The notes beneath the pieces were generated by a model. That model ran no database searches. It worked only from the letters and a program-made list of their open reading frames with translations, and was not told where the DNA came from. A stretch of DNA of 64,000 nucleotides, taken from the IMG/VR virus record IMGVR_UViG_3300028558_000791, positions 310,001 through 374,000 of that record, one strand, 5' to 3'. The translations under genes were made by a program, and so were the position numbers. The number at the start of each line of letters is the position of its first letter. The first letter of the stretch is position 1. Shown here piece by piece: positions 19,822 to 28,598 of this stretch.

Positions 19822-20658
19822 ATGCCGGAAGGCCCCGAAGTTAAACTCAGTGCAGATTTGATTAGACCATTAGTTGTTGGAAAGAAAGTTATCAATGCTT
19901 TCCCAGGAAAGAATAGTAGATATGCTGGTAGTAACCCAGAAGGATTTGCTAAGTTTTTAGATTCTCTTTCTGAAGTGGAAGTAAGAGTAACTGAGATAAA
20001 TATTGTAGGTAAGTTTATGTACTGGAAGTTTAGTAATGAGTGGTATCTCATGAATACTTTTGGTATGAGTGGACAATGGTCTGCGGAGGCTGGTAAACAT
20101 CCTAGTTTTGGATTCTACTTTAGTGAAAATTGGCCTAATATTGAGTCTACTATGTACTTCAATGACCCGCGCCATTTCGGTACCATTAAGTTTGTGAATT
20201 CCAAGAAAGAGCTAGAGAAAAAACTTCAGGAATTAGGCTGGGATCCCTTGTCGATGCCCCTTGACAAAAGCCTAAAGTGGCTTACATTTCAGCTATCAAA
20301 AAGCAGTAAATCCATTGCGGAAGCGTTGATGGACCAAGGCTTATTTTCAGGCGTTGGAAACTATATTAGGGCCGAAGCGTTATATGCATGTAAGATTTCC
20401 CCGTGGCGCAAAGCTAATCAACTTTCCCAGGATGAGGTCAAAACTTTGTGCCAAGCTATCGTTGATGTAATGCAAGAGTCATATCAACAACAAGGTGCTA
20501 CCATTCATACTTACAAGACTGCGTATGGCGAAGAAGGTAAGTATTCAGGTTTCTTTAAAGTATACGGTAAAGCAAAAGACCCATTAGGCAATAAGATAAT
20601 CAAACAACAGACACCAGATAAAAGAACTATTCACTGGTGTCCTGACATTCAAGTATAA
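19822..20658 (+). CDS. Fpg/Nei-family DNA glycosylase/AP lyase
   Basis: N-terminal MPEGPEV, FGMSG, DPRHFG, H2TH GVGNYIRAEAL, C-terminal RTIHWCPDIQ. Confidence 0.9.
   Translation: MPEGPEVKLSADLIRPLVVGKKVINAFPGKNSRYAGSNPEGFAKFLDSLSEVEVRVTEINIVGKFMYWKFSNEWYLMNTFGMSGQWSAEAGKHPSFGFYFSENWPNIESTMYFNDPRHFGTIKFVNSKKELEKKLQELGWDPLSMPLDKSLKWLTFQLSKSSKSIAEALMDQGLFSGVGNYIRAEALYACKISPWRKANQLSQDEVKTLCQAIVDVMQESYQQQGATIHTYKTAYGEEGKYSGFFKVYGKAKDPLGNKIIKQQTPDKRTIHWCPDIQV
20261..20288 (+). promoter_or_regulatory. Internal sigma70-like promoter TTGACA-N16-TACATT
   Basis: Same geometry as the promoters at 16760 and 51413 but inside the Fpg gene. Confidence 0.35.
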
Positions 20659-20668
20659 GGTATCATTC

Positions 20669-21661
20669 ATGTCTCCTACATTAATCAAAATCCTCGTAGC
20701 CGTTGGTGCTGTATTGACCATTGGCGTTGTAGGTCTAATCATCTACAATCAAATTCAAATCAGAAAACAGAATGATGCTATTCAATCTCAATTAGTTGAA
20801 CAACGATCATTAGTTGACGGCATTGTAAGAAGCCAGAATCAATATGCCACCAAGAGTGATGTTGATAAGTTTGCTAAGGACAATGGCATTAACCTAAACG
20901 CTATTCAATCTGATCTGGACAAACTACATGGAGAGATTAGCGCCGTAAACGTAGCCATCTCTACCAGCCAAGGCCAGCATGGCACCAACATTCCAAGCGT
21001 CAAGCCTACTCCAAGCAACCCAGTCAACCCTAACCCGGTGGACCCAGCCAACCCGGATCCTTTTGGTTATCAAAAATCTCAGCAGAATTTGGCTTTGAAT
21101 GAAGACTTCGGCACAATCAAGGTTCCGTTTGGCAGTGTCGGCTTCTCTGCTTGGCAGAAAGACCCATGGAGCGTGGATGTTAATCCAAGACAATACAACG
21201 TAGACACGGTTGTTGGGACTGACGAGAACCAGAGACAGTATTTCTACAATAAGTTTAGCGTAGTCACTGGAGATAAAACGTACGAAATCCCAATCAAGAC
21301 AGCTACTACTAAGCAAGAGTTCCCGACTGCTAAGTGGAGTTGGTGGAATCCAAGACTCCTAATGGGTCTGGATGGTGGCGTCAACATCACTAATGTCAAA
21401 GGAGAATTCACGCCACATGTTGGCGTTGGCATTATGTCCTATGGACAGTATAAAACTACGCCAGACTTCTCAATCTTAGAGGTGGGTGTAGGGTATGGAA
21501 CCATAAACAAGACTGGTCAAGTAGTGGTTACACCAGTTGCCTACAACATAGGTAAGAATCTGTTCTCACCACTGATGAACAACACATATATTGGCCCAAG
21601 CCTTTCAATTGGCACTGACGGTTCCATTGGAGCTGGAGCGGGCGTAAGGGTAGGTTTTTGA
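20669..21661 (+). CDS. Membrane-anchored protein: N-terminal TM helix, coiled coil, C-terminal beta-strand domain ending in Phe
   Basis: ILVAVGAVLTIGVVGLIIY TM; heptad region; Pro/Asn linker; amphipathic strands ending GAGAGVRVGF. Confidence 0.6.
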   Translation: MSPTLIKILVAVGAVLTIGVVGLIIYNQIQIRKQNDAIQSQLVEQRSLVDGIVRSQNQYATKSDVDKFAKDNGINLNAIQSDLDKLHGEISAVNVAISTSQGQHGTNIPSVKPTPSNPVNPNPVDPANPDPFGYQKSQQNLALNEDFGTIKVPFGSVGFSAWQKDPWSVDVNPRQYNVDTVVGTDENQRQYFYNKFSVVTGDKTYEIPIKTATTKQEFPTAKWSWWNPRLLMGLDGGVNITNVKGEFTPHVGVGIMSYGQYKTTPDFSILEVGVGYGTINKTGQVVVTPVAYNIGKNLFSPLMNNTYIGPSLSIGTDGSIGAGAGVRVGF

Positions 21662-22500
21662 TGTTACATATTCTCACTTTGACATGGAACGCTGCTGATA
21701 AGCTATCTAAATTGCATGAGACTCTTATGCCTGCTCTAGAAGGTATTGATTTCAAATGGTGGATCAAGGATAACGCTTCTAAAGATGATACAGTAGCCGT
21801 GGCCTCTACATGGGGAGATAAGGTAACTGTTATCCCTTACAAGGATAACCGCCAGAACTTCTCTGAAGGCTGCAACTTTCTCTTCAATGAGGCAAAACCC
21901 GCTGATGATGATTATGTCATGTTACTAAACAATGATATCGTTTTCAATGATACTGATTCTATCAAGAAGATGTTGGCCATTATTGAAAATGATGATTCAG
22001 TAGGAATGGTAGGCGCCCGCTTACTGTACACCAACACTGATCAGCTTCAGCACTGTGGCGTGGTATTCAATCCAACCTATAAGACTCCAATGCATTTCCG
22101 TGCAGGTCAGAAATCAGACAATGATGCCGAGCGAGATCGCGAGTTCCAAGTAGTCACTGGCGCCGTTTGTATCACCAAAGCAGAATACTTCCGTAAGGCT
22201 AATACGACCACTAAGTCTGGTATTGCTGGAATGGATGAGAGCTATCATTGGGCTTTTGATGATGTGGATTTGTGTCTGTCCATTAAGTACAATCTAAAGA
22301 AGAAAATTGTGTATTGTGGTAGGACCAATATCTTCCATGAAGAAAGTGCATCTCTCAAGAAGAACCAAGTCAATAAACTATTTTTGACTCACAACCTACA
22401 ATATCTTTTTGGAAAATGGCAGGGCCGCTACGATATAGATCAGGAAGCCTATGCTAAGGATTCCAGGCTCAACCTTTATCGAGGTCCTAGTGTCGGTTGA
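21658..22500 (+). CDS. Glycosyltransferase, GT2 family
   Basis: IKDNASKD, NFSEGCN, LLNND, VTGAVC, FDDVDLCL, HEESAS motifs. Confidence 0.85.
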   Translation: MMLHILTLTWNAADKLSKLHETLMPALEGIDFKWWIKDNASKDDTVAVASTWGDKVTVIPYKDNRQNFSEGCNFLFNEAKPADDDYVMLLNNDIVFNDTDSIKKMLAIIENDDSVGMVGARLLYTNTDQLQHCGVVFNPTYKTPMHFRAGQKSDNDAERDREFQVVTGAVCITKAEYFRKANTTTKSGIAGMDESYHWAFDDVDLCLSIKYNLKKKIVYCGRTNIFHEESASLKKNQVNKLFLTHNLQYLFGKWQGRYDIDQEAYAKDSRLNLYRGPSVG

Positions 22501-22711
22501 GTTAGGGTTGTACCAGCACTCCAAGGGCGGCCTTTACTGGGTAATTGGTATTGGAAAACACTCAGAGACTTTAGAGGAGATGGTTGTATATCAAAAGTAT
22601 TATGGCCCTGACGATCTTGGTGAAATATGGGTTCGACCTTTAAGCATGTGGTCTGAAGAAGTGAAACCTGGAGTTCCTCGTTTCCGAAAAGTAGATGATG
22701 TTGTGAAATAA
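22490..22711 (+). CDS. DUF1653-like protein
   Basis: GLYQHSKGGLYWVIGIGKHSETLEEMVVY...WVRPLSMW; probable GTG start at 22490. Confidence 0.75.
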   Translation: MSVELGLYQHSKGGLYWVIGIGKHSETLEEMVVYQKYYGPDDLGEIWVRPLSMWSEEVKPGVPRFRKVDDVVK

Positions 22712-22718
22712 GGTGTAA

Positions 22719-23693
22719 ATGAAAAAAGTTCTTGTAACAGGTACATGTGGTTTTATCTTTAGTAACTTTATTCGTAAAGCCATCTACGACCAAAATCAGA
22801 GAAGATCTCAAGATAAGGATTACACTTTTGTTAGCGTAGACCGTGTTACGGCTAATGCCATCAATTCTATGTATTGGAACAAGAACCATATCTTCCACCC
22901 GGCTGACATTCGTGACCAACATGTCATGGATGTAATCTTCCAATTTGAGAAGCCAGATATTGTTATCCATGGAGCGGCTGAGACCTTCGTGGATACATCG
23001 TTGAAAGACCCGAACTCTTTCGTAACCTCTAATGTGCTAGGCACCCAAGTTATCATTAACTCGTGCCTCAAACACAAAGTGGAGAGGATGATTTACATTT
23101 CCACAGATGAAGTGTATGGTCACCTTACCAGCGAGTCAGAGGCCGCCTGGAAGGAAGATGCGCCCCTCAATCCTAGAAACCCCTATTCAGCCTCTAAGGC
23201 TGCCGGGGAGCTAATGGTCAGAGCAGCCCACCAGACTCATGGATTAATTTATAACATTACTAGAAGCTCCAACTGCTATGGTCCCCGCCAGCTTCCTGAA
23301 AAGCTGGTGCCCAAGGCAATAAAGTGTGTTATGGATGGACAGAAAATCCCAATTTACGGTCAAGGTCAACAGATTAGAGATTGGACCTATGTAGCAGATA
23401 ATTGTACTGCCATAATGACAGTTTTAAACCAAGGTAAACCTAATGAGGTTTACAATATTTCCGCTAATCAGGAATTTACCAATATTGAAACTATTAACTT
23501 AGTTTGTAATGCCATGGGTAAGGGTCACGACTTGATATCCTTCATTCCAGATCCGAGAACCGGGCATGATTTTAGGTACGCGATTGATACTAGTAAAATT
23601 CGAGAGCTGGGCTGGAAGCCAACTTACAAATTTAAGGATGGCATCAGAGATACAGTACAGTGGTATCTAGATAACCAATGGTTTTTGAAGTGA
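22719..23693 (+). CDS. rmlB: dTDP-glucose 4,6-dehydratase (RmlB/RfbB-like SDR)
   Basis: VTGTCGFIFSNF, AAETFVD, ISTDEVYG, YSASKAA, NCYGPRQLPEKL, IRDW, GHDFRYAID. Confidence 0.9.
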   Translation: MKKVLVTGTCGFIFSNFIRKAIYDQNQRRSQDKDYTFVSVDRVTANAINSMYWNKNHIFHPADIRDQHVMDVIFQFEKPDIVIHGAAETFVDTSLKDPNSFVTSNVLGTQVIINSCLKHKVERMIYISTDEVYGHLTSESEAAWKEDAPLNPRNPYSASKAAGELMVRAAHQTHGLIYNITRSSNCYGPRQLPEKLVPKAIKCVMDGQKIPIYGQGQQIRDWTYVADNCTAIMTVLNQGKPNEVYNISANQEFTNIETINLVCNAMGKGHDLISFIPDPRTGHDFRYAIDTSKIRELGWKPTYKFKDGIRDTVQWYLDNQWFLK

Positions 23694-23718
23694 TATAGTA
23701 GGACGCACAGGAGAAATA

Positions 23719-25077
23719 ATGCCCGCAACGTCAGTAACCGAACAAGATCAAAAAGAAGAAGTCATGGATGATGTATCCAATGAAGAAGTAAAGCCGTCTG
23801 AAACAGTAGACGTCAGCAAATTAGCAGCACTAAAGGCCAAGAGCCAAGCCAAGCAAGAGGAGAGTAAGATGGCAGCAAAGATTGTGTCAAAGAAAGACAG
23901 AAGTATCACATTAGGAGTTCTAGGATCAGGCCAGGCCGGTTCCAGAATTGCTGAAGCTTTCTACAAGCTCGGCTATGATGCTGTCGCAGTCAACACTGCC
24001 ATGCAGGATCTCAAGTTTATTGATATCCCAGATTCTAACAAGCTGCTGCTTGAGTACGGTTTGGGTGGAGCTGCCAAGGAAACCGAAATTGGTCGTGCGG
24101 CTGCTGAAGCTCATCGTGGAGAGATTCTCCAATTGGTTAATGAGAAGCTACAAAACTCGCAGGTCAACGTACTTTGCTTGAGTTTGGGTGGCGGTTCTGG
24201 TGCAGGTTCTTGCGATACTATGGTAGACATTCTATCATCTCTAGGTAAGCCACTTGTCGTTGTCACTGTACTTCCAATGGATACAGAAGACGCACAGACC
24301 AAGGCTAACGCATTAGAAACTCTTTCTAAGCTAGCTAAGGCAACACAAACTAAGAAGGTCAATAACCTAATTGTAGTAGACAATGCTAAGATTGAAGCTA
24401 TCTACCACAATATTAGCCAGGTTGATTTCTACGGCATTGCCAATAAAGCCATCGTAGAACCAATTGATATCTTCAATACACTTTCATCCTTACCATCAGC
24501 AGTCAAGGGACTAGATCCAATGGAATGGGGAAAGCTCTTTACAGATGGTGAGGGTTTAACTGTCTATGGTGAATTGACCATTGAAAACTTTGCCGAAGAT
24601 ACTGCTATTGCAGAAGCTGTCGTCAATAACTTGAATGGTAACTTGCTAGCTGGCGGTTTCGATCTAAAGCAGTCTAGATATGTTGGCGTTATCATTGCTG
24701 CCAACAAAGAAGTCTGGTCCAAAATCCCAAGCTCCAGTATTACTTATGCTATGGCCATGGTTAATGATCAATGTGGATCACCAAAGGGCGTATTCAAAGG
24801 TATCTACACTATAGAGACCCCAGACCCAGTAGTCAAGGTATACTCTATGTTTACTGGTCTCGGCTTACCAGAATCACGTATCACTCAACTAAAGAAGGAT
24901 ACGGCAGCCATGCAACAGAATGTCAAGGGTAAGGATGAGCAGCGCAACCTATCTCTCAATCTAGACACCGGTACTAATGAAACTGTCTCTGCTGCCCAAA
25001 AGGTTAAAGAGAAGATTGCGGCTAAGTCTTCTGCTTTCGGTAAGTTGGTTGGTGGTGTTGTTGACAGGAGAAAATAA
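23719..25077 (+). CDS. Tubulin/FtsZ-superfamily GTPase (PhuZ/TubZ/CetZ-like)
   Basis: GSGQAGSRIA, AVNTA, tubulin signature LGGGSGAG, VVDNAK. Confidence 0.85.
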   Translation: MPATSVTEQDQKEEVMDDVSNEEVKPSETVDVSKLAALKAKSQAKQEESKMAAKIVSKKDRSITLGVLGSGQAGSRIAEAFYKLGYDAVAVNTAMQDLKFIDIPDSNKLLLEYGLGGAAKETEIGRAAAEAHRGEILQLVNEKLQNSQVNVLCLSLGGGSGAGSCDTMVDILSSLGKPLVVVTVLPMDTEDAQTKANALETLSKLAKATQTKKVNNLIVVDNAKIEAIYHNISQVDFYGIANKAIVEPIDIFNTLSSLPSAVKGLDPMEWGKLFTDGEGLTVYGELTIENFAEDTAIAEAVVNNLNGNLLAGGFDLKQSRYVGVIIAANKEVWSKIPSSSITYAMAMVNDQCGSPKGVFKGIYTIETPDPVVKVYSMFTGLGLPESRITQLKKDTAAMQQNVKGKDEQRNLSLNLDTGTNETVSAAQKVKEKIAAKSSAFGKLVGGVVDRRK

Positions 25078-25310
25078 TGGATGTTCTAGATCACACAGAA
25101 ACATCTTCTCCAACTCTAATGAAAGATATTTTTACCAATCTCATTGGAGAAGATGTTTCTGTTTACATCAGTGGCAGCAGTAGTACTACTACGTTGAATG
25201 GACAGTTACAGTCTTACAATGGGTTTGTTTTACATCTCACTTCCAATGGTGGTAGGTATCATTCTTACATACCGGCCGATAAAGTATCCGCAATCTGTAG
25301 TGGTAAATAA
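25077..25310 (+). CDS. Sm/Hfq-like fold small protein
   Basis: LIGEDVSVYI...LNGQLQSYNGFVLHL...YIPADKVSAI matches the Sm1/Sm2 pattern. Confidence 0.55.
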   Translation: MDVLDHTETSSPTLMKDIFTNLIGEDVSVYISGSSSTTTLNGQLQSYNGFVLHLTSNGGRYHSYIPADKVSAICSGK

Positions 25311-25609
25311 TGGAAACTGATATTCTAAAACACTTCATTGGTAAGGATGTAGAAATTCTTGTCTCTGGTGTTTGGATTGAAGGTCATATGCAGCCTATTG
25401 CAAAAGGGGTTGTAACTTTAGTGCCTATAGGAGAGGCTAGTTCTTTTTATGGGCCAGCCGCCTGTAAGACAGAAGTGATTGTAGCAATTAGACAAGTGAT
25501 TCGTTCTGGTGTAAAGTTGGCCGAGCCAATACCAGAGATAAATCAAGACCCACCGATTAGATCAAGCATGGAGTCAATTACTCCAGGACAACGTTTCAAG
25601 AGGAAATAA
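25310..25609 (+). CDS. Sm/Hfq-like fold small protein
   Basis: LKHFIGKDVEILVSGVWIEGHM...VVTL...VIVAIR. Confidence 0.45.
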   Translation: METDILKHFIGKDVEILVSGVWIEGHMQPIAKGVVTLVPIGEASSFYGPAACKTEVIVAIRQVIRSGVKLAEPIPEINQDPPIRSSMESITPGQRFKRK

Positions 25610-25896
25610 TGAAAAGACTAAAGAGAGTAACCAAGCGCGAGAAGAAAGCAATGCTCAAATTCCTTAAGGACATGGAGGCTAACCAACCCAAATCCGATGT
25701 TGCTGTTAAGCCTAAGACTTCCAAAGTGAAGGTTGTAATTACTCTAACTAAATTCTTGGAGAACCAAGCTAAGAAGAAGTTAGCTAAGGCAATTCATCGT
25801 GAAGAGAAGCGTAATCTCAAAGCAGCAGCTAAGGGACAAAAGAAGCCAAATCATACGCATGACCATGACCACGAACATGAACATGAGCACAAATGA
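25609..25896 (+). CDS. Lys-rich basic protein with His/acidic tail
   Basis: Very basic body; ends HTHDHDHEHEHEHK. Confidence 0.6.
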   Translation: MKRLKRVTKREKKAMLKFLKDMEANQPKSDVAVKPKTSKVKVVITLTKFLENQAKKKLAKAIHREEKRNLKAAAKGQKKPNHTHDHDHEHEHEHK

Positions 25897-26147
25897 GATA
25901 TGAGATTCTAACCAACTATTTCGGGCAGCATGTAGAGGTTGGTATTATCAACAAGATTTTTAGCGGTATCCTAAGGCAAGCCGAATCAGATGGTGGTTTG
26001 AATGATATTGTAGAAATCGAACCAGGTAACGATTATGCTAGAAAACGCTATGGTTCCGCTATCTTAGATGTGAATACAATCACTTCTATCAGGGCAATTA
26101 AACCGCATACAGATGAAGATGACGACTGTTGTGAAGACAGTCCATAA
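25893..26147 (+). CDS. Sm/Hfq-like fold small protein
   Basis: LTNYFGQHVEVGIINKIFSGIL...IVEI...ILDVNTITSIR. Confidence 0.45.
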   Translation: MRYEILTNYFGQHVEVGIINKIFSGILRQAESDGGLNDIVEIEPGNDYARKRYGSAILDVNTITSIRAIKPHTDEDDDCCEDSP

Positions 26148-26168
26148 CTAAAGTAATTGGCGGTATGT

Positions 26169-27008
26169 ATGACAAACTTGATTAAGGGCCTTGACGTTTC
26201 GATCATTCAAGGAAACATAGATTTCAAAGCCGTAGCGGCGACCGGAGTTCAATTTGTAGTTTGCCGTTGTGGTGTTGGTAACGGTGGAATTGATTCCAAG
26301 TACAAACAGAACATTGCAAATGCTAGAGCCGCTGGCCTTAAGGTCATGGCATACCATTTCATTTACCCTTTGCCTCCCCTAGCTTCCCAACCTCTACGTG
26401 ACCCAAAGCTCCAAGCCAAGATGCACGTAGACGCTGCTGGTGGAGAACTAGCAGCTTGTGACTTAGAGTGGCCAGCCCCAGAAGATTGGGGTAAGTGGGG
26501 ATGTACTGCCGCTCAGATTACTGCGTGGTCTATTGCATATCTCGAAGAGTATGAACGTCTATCTGGTATTAGGCCAATTGTCTATACCTATCCATACTTC
26601 GCCAAGGCTATCAACCTACCAGCTTCATTTGGTGAGAAGTATAAGCTATGGATTGCTAGCTACCAAACTGGTGCTCCACTTATTCCAAAGCCTTGGACTG
26701 ATTGGGTCATGTGGCAATATTCTGGAGGAACTGGACCTGAAGCCCAGCATCTTCCAAGCGGTGCTCCAGTTGATGGTGATAGAGTTAGAGACTTATCACT
26801 ATGGGACGTAGAAGAGGCCCCTGAGCCCGCTCCAGAGCCAGTACCAGAGCCTGATCCAGTTCCTGCTCCACCAGACCCAGTTCCAGAAGAGCCGGCTCCT
26901 GTGCCCGCCCCAGCGCCACCAGTAGAGCCTGTTGTGGCTAAGGCAAATCCTTTGTTACAATTTTTTCAACTCTTCTCTGGACTATTTGGCAAGCTCCTCA
27001 AGAGATAA
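26169..27008 (+). CDS. GH25-family lysozyme (endolysin) with Pro/Glu linker and amphipathic C-terminal helix
   Basis: GLDVSIIQG, AYHF, CDLEW, PIVYTY, LWIASY, WQYS motifs. Confidence 0.85.
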   Translation: MTNLIKGLDVSIIQGNIDFKAVAATGVQFVVCRCGVGNGGIDSKYKQNIANARAAGLKVMAYHFIYPLPPLASQPLRDPKLQAKMHVDAAGGELAACDLEWPAPEDWGKWGCTAAQITAWSIAYLEEYERLSGIRPIVYTYPYFAKAINLPASFGEKYKLWIASYQTGAPLIPKPWTDWVMWQYSGGTGPEAQHLPSGAPVDGDRVRDLSLWDVEEAPEPAPEPVPEPDPVPAPPDPVPEEPAPVPAPAPPVEPVVAKANPLLQFFQLFSGLFGKLLKR

Positions 27009-27071
27009 AACTCAGCGATTCTGAGATGTAGATTTGTCGAGAAAAAGGTACCAGTTATATATGGTATCTGT

Positions 27072-28598
27072 ATGGCAAAGATCATCATCAAAGGCAATAC
27101 CTCGCAAATTATCGAAGAGACGGATGTAGACCACATCTTAGCTCTCGATAAGCATTTGTCATTTTACGTAATAGGTGCCGAGCACACTGCCGCCTTCAAG
27201 GGATATCTAAATCGTGATGGAGACTGGGTCAAGTGGGATGGCTTCAAAAAGCTTCTCACGCCAACTTTACAGTTTCCTACTGGGTTAGTTGATCGTATCA
27301 AAGACTTCTATCAAGAGGCAAACAAACCACTTGAGATTCTAGATAAACGAACTAGTAAATCTGTCGGAAAGCCGCGTAATATTCTCGACAATTTGAAAAA
27401 GATTGGCAAACCGCCCTACCCCTATCAAACGGAAATTCTCGATGTCATTGACAAATATGATCGAGGAATTATTAAAGTAGCTACGGGTGGAGGAAAGTCT
27501 CTCATCGCTGCGCTCATTGCCGCAAAATTAGGAAAGAAGACGATCATCTATGTCATAGGTAAAGACCTACTTTACCAATTCCATGATTTCTTCACCCAGT
27601 GCTTTGATGAGCCTATTGGTATTATTGGTGACGGTCAATGTGTAATTCATGATATCAACATAGCAAGTGTCTGGACCATTGGTCAGGCTATTGGTATGAA
27701 GAAGAATGAAATCCTATTAGACTCTGACGATGATGAGAATCCACTTAACAAGGAGAAGTACACTAGCATTCTAAAAATGATGAAGGAGACTAAACTCCAC
27801 ATTATCGACGAGTGCCATATGTCAGCCTGCGAAACCATTCAACAGGTTTTCAAACACTCAGCATCAGAATACATCTACGGACTCAGCGGTTCTCCATGGC
27901 GTGATGACGGCGCTGACTTGATGATTGAGTCTATCCTTGGCAAATACATTGTCAACATTCCAGCTTCCCGCCTTATCAAAGAAGGCTACCTAGCTAAACC
28001 ATTTATCAAATTCAGAGTTACACCACCCTACCCATATGAATTAGAAAGACAATACCAATCCATATACAAAAAGTATGTAGTTGAGAATGATGTGCGTAAT
28101 GGTCTGGTTCTTGATGCCGCTAAAACATTAGTTGCCAAGGGATATCAAACGTTAGTTCTATTCAACAGCCTCAAGCATGGCAAGATTCTATACGATCTAT
28201 TCGAAGAACACATGACGTGCGCTTTGTTAGACGGATCGAATGACAAAGATGAAAGAGAAAAAGTCAAGAAAGACTTGATGAACCACAAAATTGATTGTGT
28301 TCTCGCCTCCCGCATCTTTGATATAGGCGTAGACATCCCTAGCCTGTCCGGCTTGGTAATCGCTTGTGGTGGCAAGTCTACTGTCAAGGCTTTGCAGAGA
28401 GTAGGTCGAGTTATCCGCAAGTATCCTGGCAAGAAGTTTGCAGTGATTATTGATTTTGCTGACCAAGCGCCATTCTTAGACAACCACTCTAAAATTAGGC
28501 ACCGCATCTATACGTCAGAAGATGGTTTTGATGTGGCCTGGCCAAAAGAAGTAAAGCAATCAAGGAAGAGAAAGAAGAAAGATGAGCAAGACGAATGA
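27072..28598 (+). CDS. Superfamily II DEAD/DEAH-box helicase (UvsW/XPB-like)
   Basis: ATGGGKS, IIDECH, GLSGSPWRDD, FDIGVDIP, QRVGRVIR. Confidence 0.9.
   Translation: MAKIIIKGNTSQIIEETDVDHILALDKHLSFYVIGAEHTAAFKGYLNRDGDWVKWDGFKKLLTPTLQFPTGLVDRIKDFYQEANKPLEILDKRTSKSVGKPRNILDNLKKIGKPPYPYQTEILDVIDKYDRGIIKVATGGGKSLIAALIAAKLGKKTIIYVIGKDLLYQFHDFFTQCFDEPIGIIGDGQCVIHDINIASVWTIGQAIGMKKNEILLDSDDDENPLNKEKYTSILKMMKETKLHIIDECHMSACETIQQVFKHSASEYIYGLSGSPWRDDGADLMIESILGKYIVNIPASRLIKEGYLAKPFIKFRVTPPYPYELERQYQSIYKKYVVENDVRNGLVLDAAKTLVAKGYQTLVLFNSLKHGKILYDLFEEHMTCALLDGSNDKDEREKVKKDLMNHKIDCVLASRIFDIGVDIPSLSGLVIACGGKSTVKALQRVGRVIRKYPGKKFAVIIDFADQAPFLDNHSKIRHRIYTSEDGFDVAWPKEVKQSRKRKKKDEQDE

Noticed and set aside
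23719-25077. Host ftsZ, i.e. a bacterial chromosome origin for the window
   Set aside because: No dcw-cluster neighbours, the sequence is divergent, and the surroundings are phage structural and replication genes.
27011-27070. Short hairpins after the lysin (CTCAG/CTGAG; TACCA/TGGTA) as a terminator
   Set aside because: The stems are only about 5-6 bp with no U-tract; too weak to call.
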